64,000 bases of DNA from an uncultured Verrucomicrobiaceae bacterium (GTDB taxonomy: Bacteria > Pseudomonadota > Gammaproteobacteria > Pseudomonadales > CAMLJR01), in the NCBI GenBank assembly GCA_964638025.1, contig CAZWXW010000003.1:15126-79125 (forward strand), written 5' to 3'. Shown piece by piece: positions 27,191 through 36,616 of this stretch (within the stretch, counting starts at the first letter, position 1; every line of letters begins with the position of its first letter). Below the pieces are notes generated by a model, which saw nothing but the letters and a program-made list of their open reading frames with translations, searched no databases and was not told the origin of the DNA. The translations under genes and the position numbers were made by a program.

Positions 27191-28350
27191 TGAACACATC
27201 CATCAACCAGTCCGTCGACCTCGGCAACGCCATCGTCCTGCCGCAGGGTGGCACCGTCGGCGAGCTGGCCGGGCAGCCGGCGCGGGAGCGACTTCAGGCG
27301 GTCCGCCAGGAGTCGCCGCGGCAGCGCATCTGGCGGCGCTTCAGGAGCAATCGCCTCGGTTACTGGAGCCTGATCATCTTCTCCACGCTGTACGTGCTGA
27401 GCCTGCTCGGCGAGTTCGTCTCCAATGACAGGCCACTGCTGATCTGGCATCAGGAGCGGCTCTACTTTCCGCTGTTCAGGGATTATCCCGAGACCGATTT
27501 CGGCGGCCGGCTGCCGATCTTCGCCGACTACAACGATCCCCATATCCGCGCGCTGCTGGCGCAGCAGGGCAGCGTCGTCATCCGTGCACCGAACCCGTTC
27601 TACTACGACACGCTGAATTACTGGTCGCCCGCCGGCCACTATCCTGGTTCGCCCGACGCCGACAATCTGCTCGGCACCGATATCGCCGGCTACGACATTC
27701 TGGCGCGGCTGGTCTACGGCTTTCGTACGTCGGTCACGTTCGGGCTCGGGTTGACGCTGGTCGGCACCGGGCTCGGCGTCATCATCGGCGCGGTGCAGGG
27801 TTACTTCGCCGGCCGCGTCGATCTGGTCACGCAGCGGCTGATCGAGATCTGGGGCTCGATGCCGGAGCTCTACCTGCTGATCATCTTCTCGTCGCTGTTC
27901 GAGCCGAGCCTGATCCTGCTGTTCGCGCTGCTGTCGCTGTTCGGCTGGATTTTCCTGTCCGACTACGTGCGCGCCGAGTTCCTGCGCAACCGCCAGCTCG
28001 AATACGTCAAGGCGGCGAGGGCGATGGGGCTGTCGCACCTGCAGATCATCTGGCGCCACATCCTGCCGAACAGCCTGACGCCGGTCATCACCTTCCTGCC
28101 GTTCCGGATGAGCGCCGCGATCATGGCGCTGGCCAGCCTCGATTTCCTCGGCCTCGGCGTGAAGGCACCGGCGCCGAGCCTCGGCGGCCTGCTGCTGCAG
28201 GGCAAGGAGAACCTCGACGCCTGGTGGATCGCCGTCGCCTCGTTCTCGGTGCTGGTCGCCACGCTGTTGCTGCTGACCTTCATGGGCGAGGCGCTGCGCA
28301 ACGCGATCGACACGCGGATCGACGTCAAGCCGGACGGGAGCGCGCGATGA
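27190..28350 (+). CDS. PepT-family ABC importer permease, YejE-like (cassette 1)
   Basis: ATG 27190 overlaps upstream stop (TGATG) after GGAGG; in ORF 26764-28350; paralog of 46000-47202 (RFRSNRLGYWSLIIF, LGTDIAGYDILARL). Confidence 0.85.
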   Translation: MNTSINQSVDLGNAIVLPQGGTVGELAGQPARERLQAVRQESPRQRIWRRFRSNRLGYWSLIIFSTLYVLSLLGEFVSNDRPLLIWHQERLYFPLFRDYPETDFGGRLPIFADYNDPHIRALLAQQGSVVIRAPNPFYYDTLNYWSPAGHYPGSPDADNLLGTDIAGYDILARLVYGFRTSVTFGLGLTLVGTGLGVIIGAVQGYFAGRVDLVTQRLIEIWGSMPELYLLIIFSSLFEPSLILLFALLSLFGWIFLSDYVRAEFLRNRQLEYVKAARAMGLSHLQIIWRHILPNSLTPVITFLPFRMSAAIMALASLDFLGLGVKAPAPSLGGLLLQGKENLDAWWIAVASFSVLVATLLLLTFMGEALRNAIDTRIDVKPDGSAR

Positions 28351-29963
28351 GCGAGCCGCTATTGTCGATCGAAAACCTGAACATCGCCTTCGGCGGCAAG
28401 ACGGTCGTCGAGAATCTGAGCCTGCAGATAAACGCCGGCGAACGCGTGGCGCTGGTCGGCGAATCGGGTTCCGGAAAAACCGTTACGGCGCTGTCGATCC
28501 TGCGGCTGGTGCAGGGCGCCAGTGTCGGCGGCAGCATCCGCCTGCAGGGGCAGGAGCTGCTCACCAAGTCCGGCGAGGAGATCAGGCGCGTGCGCGGCAG
28601 CGATGTCGCGATGATCTTCCAGGAGCCGATGTCGGCGCTGAATCCGCTCTACACGATCGGCAACCAGATCATCGAGACGCTGCAGCAGCACGAGAGCCTG
28701 ACGCCGCGCGAGGCACGCGAAAAGACCATCGCGCTATTGGCGCGCACCGGCATCCGCGAACCGGAGCGGCGCGTCGACAGTTACCCGCACCAGCTCTCCG
28801 GCGGCCAGCTGCAGCGCGCCGTCATCGCGATGGCGCTGGCGTGCCGGCCGAAGCTGCTGATCGCCGACGAGCCGACCACGGCGCTGGACATGACGGTGCG
28901 CGCCCGCATCGTCAGGCTGCTGCTCGATCTGCAGCAGGAGGAGATCGAACGCAACCGGCAGCTCGGTCGGCCGGACGACGGCATGGCGATCCTGCTGATC
29001 ACGCACGACCTGAACCTGGTGCGCCGCTTCGCGCAACGGGTCGCGGTCATGGAGCACGGCGTACTGGTCGAGAGCGGCGAGCAGGAAGCGCTGTTTGCGC
29101 AGCCGCGCCATCCGTACACGATCAAGCTGCTGAACAGCATCCCGGTGCGCCGGATCGAGCCGGTCGACCGGCAGGCGCAGACGCTGCTGGCGACGCGCGA
29201 CCTGCGCGTCGAATACCCGAAGCGACGGCACGGCTGGCGCGGCCTGTTTCGCAGCGACCGCTTCGTCGCGCTCGATTCGGCTGACATCGCGCTGCGCGCC
29301 GGCGAAACGATCGGCATCGTCGGTGAATCTGGGTCGGGAAAATCGACGCTGGCGCAGGCCATTCTCGGGTTGGTGCGCACGCAGGGCGGTGAGCTGGAAT
29401 TCGAGGGCCGCTCCGAACGTCATTTCAGCCGGCGTGAAAAGCGCGCGCTGCGTTCGCGCCTGCAGGTGGTGTTCCAGGACCCGTTCGGTTCTCTGTCGCC
29501 GCGGCAGACGGTCGAGCAGATCGTCGAGGAGGGGCTGCTGCTGCACTACCCGCAGATGAGCCGGCAAGAGCGCTTCGAGCGCATTGCCGAGGTGCTCGAC
29601 AACGTTGGACTGCCGCTGTCGGCGCTCGCTGATTATCCACACGCATTTTCCGGCGGCCAGCGCCAGCGCATCGCGATCGCGCGGGCGCTGGTGCTGAAGC
29701 CGCGCGTCGTGGTGCTCGACGAACCGACATCGGCACTGGACGTGTCGATCCAGAACCAGGTGCTGCAGCTGCTGGTCGACCTGCAGAAGAAGTACGGCCT
29801 CAGCTATCTGCTGATCACGCACGACCTGCAGGTGGTCAATGCGCTGGCGCACCGGTTGTACGTGCTGAAGGACGGGCTGATCGTCGAGTCGGGCGACACC
29901 GAGCAGATCGTTGCCAACCCGCAGCACCCGTATACACGAAGCCTGATTCAGGCGTCGCTGTGA
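28347..29963 (+). CDS. Double-ABC-domain ATPase, YejF-like (cassette 1)
   Basis: ATGA overlap with upstream stop; two Walker A sites ([17 protein letters not shown]), two signatures ([16 protein letters not shown]). Confidence 0.9.
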   Translation: MSEPLLSIENLNIAFGGKTVVENLSLQINAGERVALVGESGSGKTVTALSILRLVQGASVGGSIRLQGQELLTKSGEEIRRVRGSDVAMIFQEPMSALNPLYTIGNQIIETLQQHESLTPREAREKTIALLARTGIREPERRVDSYPHQLSGGQLQRAVIAMALACRPKLLIADEPTTALDMTVRARIVRLLLDLQQEEIERNRQLGRPDDGMAILLITHDLNLVRRFAQRVAVMEHGVLVESGEQEALFAQPRHPYTIKLLNSIPVRRIEPVDRQAQTLLATRDLRVEYPKRRHGWRGLFRSDRFVALDSADIALRAGETIGIVGESGSGKSTLAQAILGLVRTQGGELEFEGRSERHFSRREKRALRSRLQVVFQDPFGSLSPRQTVEQIVEEGLLLHYPQMSRQERFERIAEVLDNVGLPLSALADYPHAFSGGQRQRIAIARALVLKPRVVVLDEPTSALDVSIQNQVLQLLVDLQKKYGLSYLLITHDLQVVNALAHRLYVLKDGLIVESGDTEQIVANPQHPYTRSLIQASL

Positions 29964-29968
29964 GCAGT

Positions 29969-30088
29969 GGCAACCTCTCCCCTCTCCCTTCAGGGAGAGG
30001 GGCCGGGGGAGAGGGTGTTCGGCGATGGCATTGCGTATTTCCCCTCTCCCTAACCCTCTCCCTTCAGGGAGAGGGGACTTGGTCAGTG
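29969..30088. repeat. REP/MITE-like element, copy C (double hairpin), after yejF-like 1
   Basis: CCTCTCCCCTCTCCCTTCAGGGAGAGGGGCCGGGGGAGAGGG ... CCCCTCTCCCTAACCCTCTCCCTTCAGGGAGAGGGGACTTGGTCAG. Confidence 0.85.
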
Positions 30089-30109
30089 CGCCCTTGAGTC
30101 CTGATGATG

Positions 30110-30145
30110 CGCTGCGCGTGTGAAGACAGCTTCACACGCGCAGCG
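30110..30145. other. 16-bp perfect-stem hairpin / inverted repeat after REP copy C
   Basis: CGCTGCGCGTGTGAAG-ACAG-CTTCACACGCGCAGCG; no U-tract follows. Confidence 0.6.
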
Positions 30146-30318
30146 AAGCATTGCCGGTAAATCACGATTTTTCAGTGAATCATTCTCTGTTTTCTTTTGC
30201 ACAAGCGCATCGGAATATCTGTTCAAAAACAACCAGCGCGTTTTTAGACGTAACTTCGTCCATCTGAAAAATCAGTGAATTTCAGCGCATTGCACGATTT
30301 TTCCATGCTTCCGAAAGT

Positions 30319-30334
30319 TGGCTCGATTTCTGCC
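30319..30334 (+). promoter_or_regulatory. Candidate sigma-54 promoter upstream of yejA-like 1 / TBDR2 / CDO-like / P3
   Basis: TGGCTCGATTTCTGCC; shares TTTCTGCC with the tonB site; 79 nt upstream of GTG 30413. Confidence 0.5.
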
Positions 30335-30412
30335 AGTATCCAAGAAGAACGGTACGACTGTTCTTGATTCAACGATTTTCGATCGACAGTTAGATCGCGT
30401 TTGGAAGCAGCA

Positions 30413-32329
30413 GTGTCACTTATCGATTTTCTCACCGGCAGCAAATCCATCATCGGCAGAATTTTCTGTCTGGCTCTGTTCGTTTGGACGTCGCCGGCAA
30501 GTCATGCTGCGCATGCACTGTCGCTGTTCGGCGAGCCGAAATATCCCGCTGGTTTTTCCCACTTCGACTACGTCAATCCGGCGGCGCCGAAGGGCGGGAG
30601 CATTACCTTCGCGCTGGTCAGCCTGAACAGCAATTTCGACAAGTTCAATCCGTACAGCCTGAAGGGAGTGCCGGCGCCGGGGCTATTGGAGCTGGTGTTC
30701 GAGACGCTGACGATCAACAGCATGGATGAGCTCAATACGCAGTATGGATTGCTGGCCGACGATATCCGGTTGAACGACGAGCTGACTGTCGTCACGTTCC
30801 GAATCAATTCGAAGGCGACCTTTTCCAACGGCGATCAGATCACGGCGGACGATGTCGTCCACTCGTTCGAGATGCTGACCGGCCCCGATGCCAGCCCGCG
30901 CTACAAGGCCTATTTTTCCGAAGTGAAACGGGTCTACACGGTGGATCGGCAGCATGTGAGCTTCGAGTTCAACCGTAGGGGGCGCGACATCTCGTTCATC
31001 GCCGGCAGCCTGCCGGTGTTCTCGAAGAAGTGGGGCGTTGCCGGCAACGGTGAGACGAAGCGCTTCGGGCAACTGTTGCTCGATGCGCCGGTCGCATCGG
31101 GGCCGTATCTGATCGACAGCTGGCACAGCAGTCGCGGCATCACCTACCGGCGCAACCCGGACTACTGGGCGAAGGAGCATCCCGTACGCAAGGGAACCTT
31201 CAATTTCGACGGCGTCGCCTACAAGGTTTACAAGGACAAGGACTCGCAGGTAGCCGCACTGCGTGCCGGCGAGTTCGACTTCCACGCCGAATCGGCGATG
31301 CGCTACTGGTGCTGCCAGTACATCGGCAAGCGCTTCGACAGCGGCGAGCTGGTCAAGCATCGCTTCACGCATCGGAACCCGCCGGCGATGAACGGCTGGG
31401 TGACCAACCTCAGAAAGCAGAAGTTCCAGGACGTCCGCGTGCGCAAGGGGCTGAACTACCTGCTGGACTACGAGTGGATCAACGACCGCATCTTCGACAG
31501 CGAATTCAAGCGCATCGACAGCTATTTCTCCAACACGCCGCTGGCGGCCGCCGGGTTGCCGAGCGCAGAGGAGATTGCGCTGCTGGAACCGTGGCGCGAT
31601 GAGTTGCCCGCGGAGGTGTTCGGCCCGATGTTCGAGCAGCCGACGACTCGTGTCGACGGACTGACGCAGGCCGAGGCGTTTCGCCTCAACCTGGAAAAGG
31701 CATTGGAGCTGTTCGCCGAGGCAGGCTGGACATTTCGCGACGGCGGGTTGCGCAATGCCGACGGCGAGCAGTTCACGCTGGAGTTCTTCGACCGCCGCGT
31801 GCAGCACCCGTACAACGCACCGATCTACACGAACCTGATCCGGCTCGGCATCGACGTGCGGATCAAGGTGGCCGACCCGGCGACCGAACGGGCCGTGCTG
31901 CGCGATTTCAATTTCGATTACCGCACCGTCAGTCTGCGCGAGGGGCGGCTTCCCGGCGACGAGCTGTGGCGCGCCTTCAACAGTGCGGCGGCGGACAGGC
32001 CGGGCTCCGAAAACTACGCCGGCGTCAAATCGGAAGCTGTCGATCACCTGATCAGGAAACTGCTCAATGCCCGCGATCAGCAGGAAATGGTAACGACGGC
32101 GCGAGCGCTGGATAGGGTTCTCATCCACAGCCACTACTTCGTCCCGTGGCGCTATCTGACCGACCACTACGTCATCCATCACCAACGACTGAATTATCCG
32201 CGCGACCTTCCTCTGTACTACGGCGCCAACGAATGGGCGCTTGCTACCTGGTGGGAAGAGAGGGAGTGGGATGCGCCTGTCCGAGCGATCGCGGCCATGA
32301 CCGATATCGACAAAGAGCTGCCGAATTGA
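30413..32329 (+). CDS. Family-5 periplasmic solute-binding protein, YejA-like (cassette 1)
   Basis: ORF from TTG 30401; GTG 30413 has GGAAG 9 nt upstream; signal peptide ...LFVWTSPASHA; LFGEPKYPAGFSHFDYVNPAAPKGG shared with 42383 and 60386 copies. Confidence 0.8.
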   Translation: MSLIDFLTGSKSIIGRIFCLALFVWTSPASHAAHALSLFGEPKYPAGFSHFDYVNPAAPKGGSITFALVSLNSNFDKFNPYSLKGVPAPGLLELVFETLTINSMDELNTQYGLLADDIRLNDELTVVTFRINSKATFSNGDQITADDVVHSFEMLTGPDASPRYKAYFSEVKRVYTVDRQHVSFEFNRRGRDISFIAGSLPVFSKKWGVAGNGETKRFGQLLLDAPVASGPYLIDSWHSSRGITYRRNPDYWAKEHPVRKGTFNFDGVAYKVYKDKDSQVAALRAGEFDFHAESAMRYWCCQYIGKRFDSGELVKHRFTHRNPPAMNGWVTNLRKQKFQDVRVRKGLNYLLDYEWINDRIFDSEFKRIDSYFSNTPLAAAGLPSAEEIALLEPWRDELPAEVFGPMFEQPTTRVDGLTQAEAFRLNLEKALELFAEAGWTFRDGGLRNADGEQFTLEFFDRRVQHPYNAPIYTNLIRLGIDVRIKVADPATERAVLRDFNFDYRTVSLREGRLPGDELWRAFNSAAADRPGSENYAGVKSEAVDHLIRKLLNARDQQEMVTTARALDRVLIHSHYFVPWRYLTDHYVIHHQRLNYPRDLPLYYGANEWALATWWEEREWDAPVRAIAAMTDIDKELPN

Positions 32330-32394
32330 AAAGCCTGGAAATTTTTATCTGTAGCCCATCGGCTGCATCGCCCGTCAACAGGAGAAAACCGTTC

Positions 32395-34746
32395 ATGTTT
32401 TACATCAACACCAACCCATTGCCGCTACCTGGGTTTGCGTTGCGCAGTGAGAAGCTCAAATGGCCGCTGGCATTACTGCTATCCGCCATGGCCGGCGGAT
32501 CACTCGCCCAGCAACCCGCGCAGAGTGGCGGTGACAGCGCCAAACCGTTGCGGCTGTCCACGGTGATCGTTACCTCGCAGAAGCGCGAGGAGGCGGTGCA
32601 GGAAATTCCGGTGACACTTAATGCGCTGGGTGGCGAAAAAATTCTGAGAGAGCAGATTGGTACCTCCGCCCAAGAGGTATTGAACTACGTACCTAACGCC
32701 TCCGCGTTCGGTTCCAACCACGGCAAGCCGCGCTGGTGGATTCGCGGTATCGGCACTGGCAATCCGCAGCCGGATGCGACGAGCCCGATTGGCGTCTATC
32801 ACGACGACGTCTACATCGCCAATTCGGAGTACACCGGCCTGCCTATCTTTGACCTGGAACGCGTCGAAGTGTTGAGCGGTCCGCAGGGGACGCTGTGGGG
32901 CAAGAACACCACCGGTGGCGCCATCAACATCATTTCCAGGCAGCCGCGTTTCAAACCTGATGGTTATCTGAAGTTCAACGCGGGCACGGATGATTTCAAG
33001 GTGTTGGAGGGCGCGATCGGCGGTGGGCTGTTTGAAGAGACGCTGGCCGGACGACTGTCGTTCCACCAGGACGAGATCGGCCCGCAGTATCGCAACATCA
33101 CCACCGGCGGCAGGGAGGGCACGGTGCAGGATCAGGTGGTGCGCGGCCAGTTGCTGGCGGCTTTCACGCCTGATCTGACTGCCACGCTCAACCTGCATCA
33201 CCGCCTCTACGAAACGGCTGGCCGCTCGCCGAGCGGTTCGGTACGAAACCCCGGGACGGATTACTACTGGCCCATCATCCAGCGAAACCCGCGCAACGAT
33301 GTCATCGAGGGGCCGGACGGCACCTCCACGAACCAGGGTGAACTGGAGCAGAACGGCGCCAACCTGCGTATCCGGTGGAGCATCGGCGAGTATGAGCTGA
33401 CCTCTATCAGCGGCTACGACAAGTTCAGCAATTACTCTACTGCCGCGCCAGGCGAGCTTTCCGCGAACGCCACCGACAACGACAACGAGGAGTACCAGAT
33501 CAGCCAGGAGATCCGGCTGACGTCACCGCGCGCCGACCGCTTCAACTGGATCGCCGGCTTCCACTACTTCGCCAATGAATACGAGCGTCAGCTCTACACG
33601 GCCACTTTCGCCGGATTGCCGCTGCCGACCGGCGCTAACTCCGCCAGCAACCGTCTGGTCGATCAGAGCTATACCTTCGATTCGGAGAGCTATGCGCTGT
33701 TCCTGAGCACGACCTACAACTTCACCGACAGTTTCTATCTGACCGCTGGTATTCGCTTCACCAACGAGAACAAAACGGTCAAGGCATACAAGACCACCTG
33801 GGGCGCCGGCACGACGTTCGGCAACCAGATCAACTGGCTGGATACGGTCACCAGGGGCGCCGTGCTGAGTGGAGCGAGCAATACGTTCACCTATGCCGAT
33901 GCCAACCACGACGAAACCTGGGACGCGCTGACCTGGGATATCACGCCGACCTGGCAGATCGATCCGACCAAGCGGGTCTACCTGCGCTATGCGCGCGGCA
34001 TCAAGGCGGGCGGGTTCAATACCAACATCTCCCGCGCCGACCAGCTGACGGTGCTCGATCCGGAGACGCTTGACTCGGTCGAAGCCGGTTTCAAGTCCGA
34101 GCTGTTCGACAACCGGCTGTTCCTGAACGCGGCAATCTTCGGATATCAGTTCGAGGATGCGCAGGTGAATATCTCCGGCCCCTACGGTGCGCCGAACGCC
34201 GACCTCGGTGTCAGGGACAACCTCAGCGTGCTGCAGAACATTCCCGAGGGCGAAGGCTATGGCGCCGAGGTGACGGTACAGGCGCTGCTGACGGAGCGTC
34301 TGAGCCTGAGCGGAAATGTCGGCCTGCTGCGTACGGAATTTGAAACCTTCAACGTCGAGAACACCGACACCTGGCTCTCCGGCAGCGAGTTCGTTCGCTC
34401 GCCGCATCTCACTTCGCTGCTGCAGGCGGACTACCGCATTCCGGTCGGCAATGACAGCGCGGTGATATTGAGCGGCGACTGGCGCTTCCAGGACCGGCAG
34501 TTCTTCTACGTCAACAATCAGGACAACCCATTCCTGCAACAGAAAGCCTACTCGCTGTTCAACGTTCGGGTCGCGTATGAGTCGGCCGGGTCCAAGGATT
34601 TGCTGACACTCGCACTGAACAACGCGCTCGACAAGGAGCATTACGTGCACGGTTCGGTGGTGAGCCAGTCGGCGTCGGTGAATGGCTGGGGGCGCACCGA
34701 AGGACCGGAACGCAACTGGCTGTTGAGTTACACGCGGCGCTGGTAA
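32395..34746 (+). CDS. TonB-dependent receptor, TBDR2
   Basis: In ORF 32146-34746; ATG 32395 after AGGAGA; STVIVTSQKREE, RWWIRGIGT, GPQGTLWGKNTTGGAINI; C-terminal ...SYTRRW. Confidence 0.9.
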   Translation: MFYINTNPLPLPGFALRSEKLKWPLALLLSAMAGGSLAQQPAQSGGDSAKPLRLSTVIVTSQKREEAVQEIPVTLNALGGEKILREQIGTSAQEVLNYVPNASAFGSNHGKPRWWIRGIGTGNPQPDATSPIGVYHDDVYIANSEYTGLPIFDLERVEVLSGPQGTLWGKNTTGGAINIISRQPRFKPDGYLKFNAGTDDFKVLEGAIGGGLFEETLAGRLSFHQDEIGPQYRNITTGGREGTVQDQVVRGQLLAAFTPDLTATLNLHHRLYETAGRSPSGSVRNPGTDYYWPIIQRNPRNDVIEGPDGTSTNQGELEQNGANLRIRWSIGEYELTSISGYDKFSNYSTAAPGELSANATDNDNEEYQISQEIRLTSPRADRFNWIAGFHYFANEYERQLYTATFAGLPLPTGANSASNRLVDQSYTFDSESYALFLSTTYNFTDSFYLTAGIRFTNENKTVKAYKTTWGAGTTFGNQINWLDTVTRGAVLSGASNTFTYADANHDETWDALTWDITPTWQIDPTKRVYLRYARGIKAGGFNTNISRADQLTVLDPETLDSVEAGFKSELFDNRLFLNAAIFGYQFEDAQVNISGPYGAPNADLGVRDNLSVLQNIPEGEGYGAEVTVQALLTERLSLSGNVGLLRTEFETFNVENTDTWLSGSEFVRSPHLTSLLQADYRIPVGNDSAVILSGDWRFQDRQFFYVNNQDNPFLQQKAYSLFNVRVAYESAGSKDLLTLALNNALDKEHYVHGSVVSQSASVNGWGRTEGPERNWLLSYTRRW

Positions 34747-34770
34747 GGCGCCTTACGAGAGGAGAGGGCA

Positions 34771-35274
34771 ATGGCTATTACCTTGGAAAAGTTCTCGAAC
34801 GATGTTCGCAATCTTCTGCTGGAGGATGCGGGCGTGAACGGCCGCGAGCAGGTACGCGAGCTGCTGCAGCAGGTGCTGGTCGACAAGGCGTTCACCGATC
34901 GCTACGTCGGCGACGATCAGCCGCAGCGCACGGTGCTGTATCAGGACCCGGACCTGGGGTTCGCGATCCTCGCCCATGTCTATCACGAGGCCAGGCAGAC
35001 CAGACCGCACGATCACGGTGTGTCGTGGGCGATCTACGGCCAGGTGGCGGGCGAGAGCCTGATCCAGGACTGGGAGATCGTCGAGCAGGCCAGCGATGAC
35101 GTGTCCGGCAAGGTGCGGCAGAAGGGGGCGCGCAAGCTGACACCCGGTCTGGCGATCACCTACAACGAGGGCGACATTCACTCGCCGAGCCGGCGGGGAC
35201 CGGCGAAGCTGATTCGCATCGAAGGTAGGCACGTGCAGGAGAAGGAGCGTTTCAGCTGGGACATCGTCGAGTGA
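34771..35274 (+). CDS. Cupin, cysteine-dioxygenase type I-like (putative thiol dioxygenase)
   Basis: 167 aa; GAGGAGAGG RBS 24 nt after TBDR2 stop; RPHDHGVSWAIYGQVAGE ... GDIHSP, an HxH...H triad with CDO-like spacing (recalled B. subtilis CdoA: TTVHDHGQS...GLIHK). Confidence 0.7.
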   Translation: MAITLEKFSNDVRNLLLEDAGVNGREQVRELLQQVLVDKAFTDRYVGDDQPQRTVLYQDPDLGFAILAHVYHEARQTRPHDHGVSWAIYGQVAGESLIQDWEIVEQASDDVSGKVRQKGARKLTPGLAITYNEGDIHSPSRRGPAKLIRIEGRHVQEKERFSWDIVE

Positions 35275-35365
35275 TATCCGACGCCGGCTTCAGATCAGCG
35301 ATCGATCCGCAGTGGCGATCGATTTCACATCGCAGGGTTTTTCATTACCAACAGGAGCGACAACA

Positions 35366-36463
35366 ATGACCGTCGTCCACAACAGCAGTGACCAGCGCGG
35401 CGATGTCTCATCGCTGTGGTACACCCGTTGCGCGGTGCCCACCGCGTCGAGCCTGGCCTTTCAGCAGAACTGGCTGCAGCAGTCATTCGCGGCCATCGAC
35501 ATCACCCTCGATTCGGTGCGCGCGTCGGAGGATGACGCCGTCCGCGCGAGCCACTACGACAATAGCCTGCCGAACCAGTTTCGCGAGGGCGGCAACGTGC
35601 CGGCGATCTGGGCGAAATCGATCGGGCAGCCGACCGTCGTCGTCGGCATCACCTGGGTCGAGGAGTTTCAGGCGATCGTTACACGCGCCGATTCACCGTT
35701 GGCGAGTGCGGCCGACCTGCGCGGCCGCCGTCTCGGTTTGCCGAAGCAGCAGAACAGCGAACTGGTCGACCACGGCCGCGCCAGCGCGCTGCATGGTTTT
35801 GTTTCGACGCTGGCTGTTGCAGGAGTTTCCACTGACGATGTGCAGTTCGTCGATGTCGAGGCGCCCAGAACCGATATCCGCGAAGACCGCGCCACGGGTG
35901 TTCTGTCAGATGGCAGGGAGAACCGGCGCTCGGTGCTCGACGCGCTGCGCGACGGCGAGGTCGATGCCGCTTACATCAAGGGGCCTGGCGCGATCAAAAG
36001 CATTCGCAAGCACGGATTGAAAGTGCTGTTCGACATCGGCGCCCATCCCGATCCGCAGGTCCACGTCAACAACGCCGTGCCGCGTCCGATCACCGCCGAT
36101 CGCGAGCTGCTGGCAAAGCGTCCCGACCTGATCGTGCGCTACCTGGCCGTGCTGCTACGCACCGGCCACTGGGCGGCGAGCCATCTGCGCGAGGCGCTGG
36201 AGCTGGTTGCCCACGAGACGCGCAGCGCGGTCGAGGACGCGGCGGCGGCCTACGGTCCGGACCTGCACAACCATCTGATTCCGACACTGGATGCCGATGT
36301 CGTCGCCGGACTCGAACGACAGAAGAATTTCCTGTTCAAGTGGGGCTTCCTGCCGAACGACTTCGATTTCGCCGACTGGATCGTCCACGAGCCGCTGCGC
36401 GAAGCACAACGATTGCTGGCGGAAGAGGAGGGCGTCGCCGTTCCGGTGAAGGCCGCATCGTGA
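35366..36463 (+). CDS. DszB-like SsuA-fold paralog P3 (putative sulfinate desulfinase; Cys retained)
   Basis: In ORF 35312-36463; ATG 35366 after AGGAG; no signal peptide; LWYTRCAVPTA, SHYDNSLPNQFREGG, VVGITWVEEFQA, LRGRRLGLP, FLFKWGFLP. Confidence 0.75.
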   Translation: MTVVHNSSDQRGDVSSLWYTRCAVPTASSLAFQQNWLQQSFAAIDITLDSVRASEDDAVRASHYDNSLPNQFREGGNVPAIWAKSIGQPTVVVGITWVEEFQAIVTRADSPLASAADLRGRRLGLPKQQNSELVDHGRASALHGFVSTLAVAGVSTDDVQFVDVEAPRTDIREDRATGVLSDGRENRRSVLDALRDGEVDAAYIKGPGAIKSIRKHGLKVLFDIGAHPDPQVHVNNAVPRPITADRELLAKRPDLIVRYLAVLLRTGHWAASHLREALELVAHETRSAVEDAAAAYGPDLHNHLIPTLDADVVAGLERQKNFLFKWGFLPNDFDFADWIVHEPLREAQRLLAEEEGVAVPVKAAS

Positions 36464-36465
36464 AT

Positions 36466-36594
36466 CTGTTTGAAAAACGCATTTCTCCCCTCTCCCTTGA
36501 GGGAGAGGGGCGGGGGAGAGGGCCGATTCATGCGTCTTTGCACCCTCTCCCTAACCCTCTCCCTGAAGGGAGAGGGGACTTGATCAGAGATTCC
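36466..36594. repeat. REP/MITE-like element, copy D (double hairpin, inverted orientation), between P3 and the SsuD-like gene
   Basis: AAAAACGCATTTCTCCCCTCTCCCTTGAGGGAGAGGGGCGGGGGAGAGGGCCGATTCATGCG...CCCTCTCCCTAACCCTCTCCCTGAAGGGAGAGGGGACTTGATCAGAGATTCC. Confidence 0.85.
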
Positions 36595-36616
36595 TTTGTA
36601 GAGGGGAGAAATTGAA

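Noticed and set aside
36340-36615. Small ORFs and N-terminal extensions translating as PLSLQGEGRG / NPLPEGRGD (also 14306-14680, 44251-44520, 59195-59419, and the first 55 codons of 42383-44362)
   Set aside because: They are translations of the REP/MITE-like palindromes in either orientation, not genes. The real starts lie downstream with signal peptides or RBSs.
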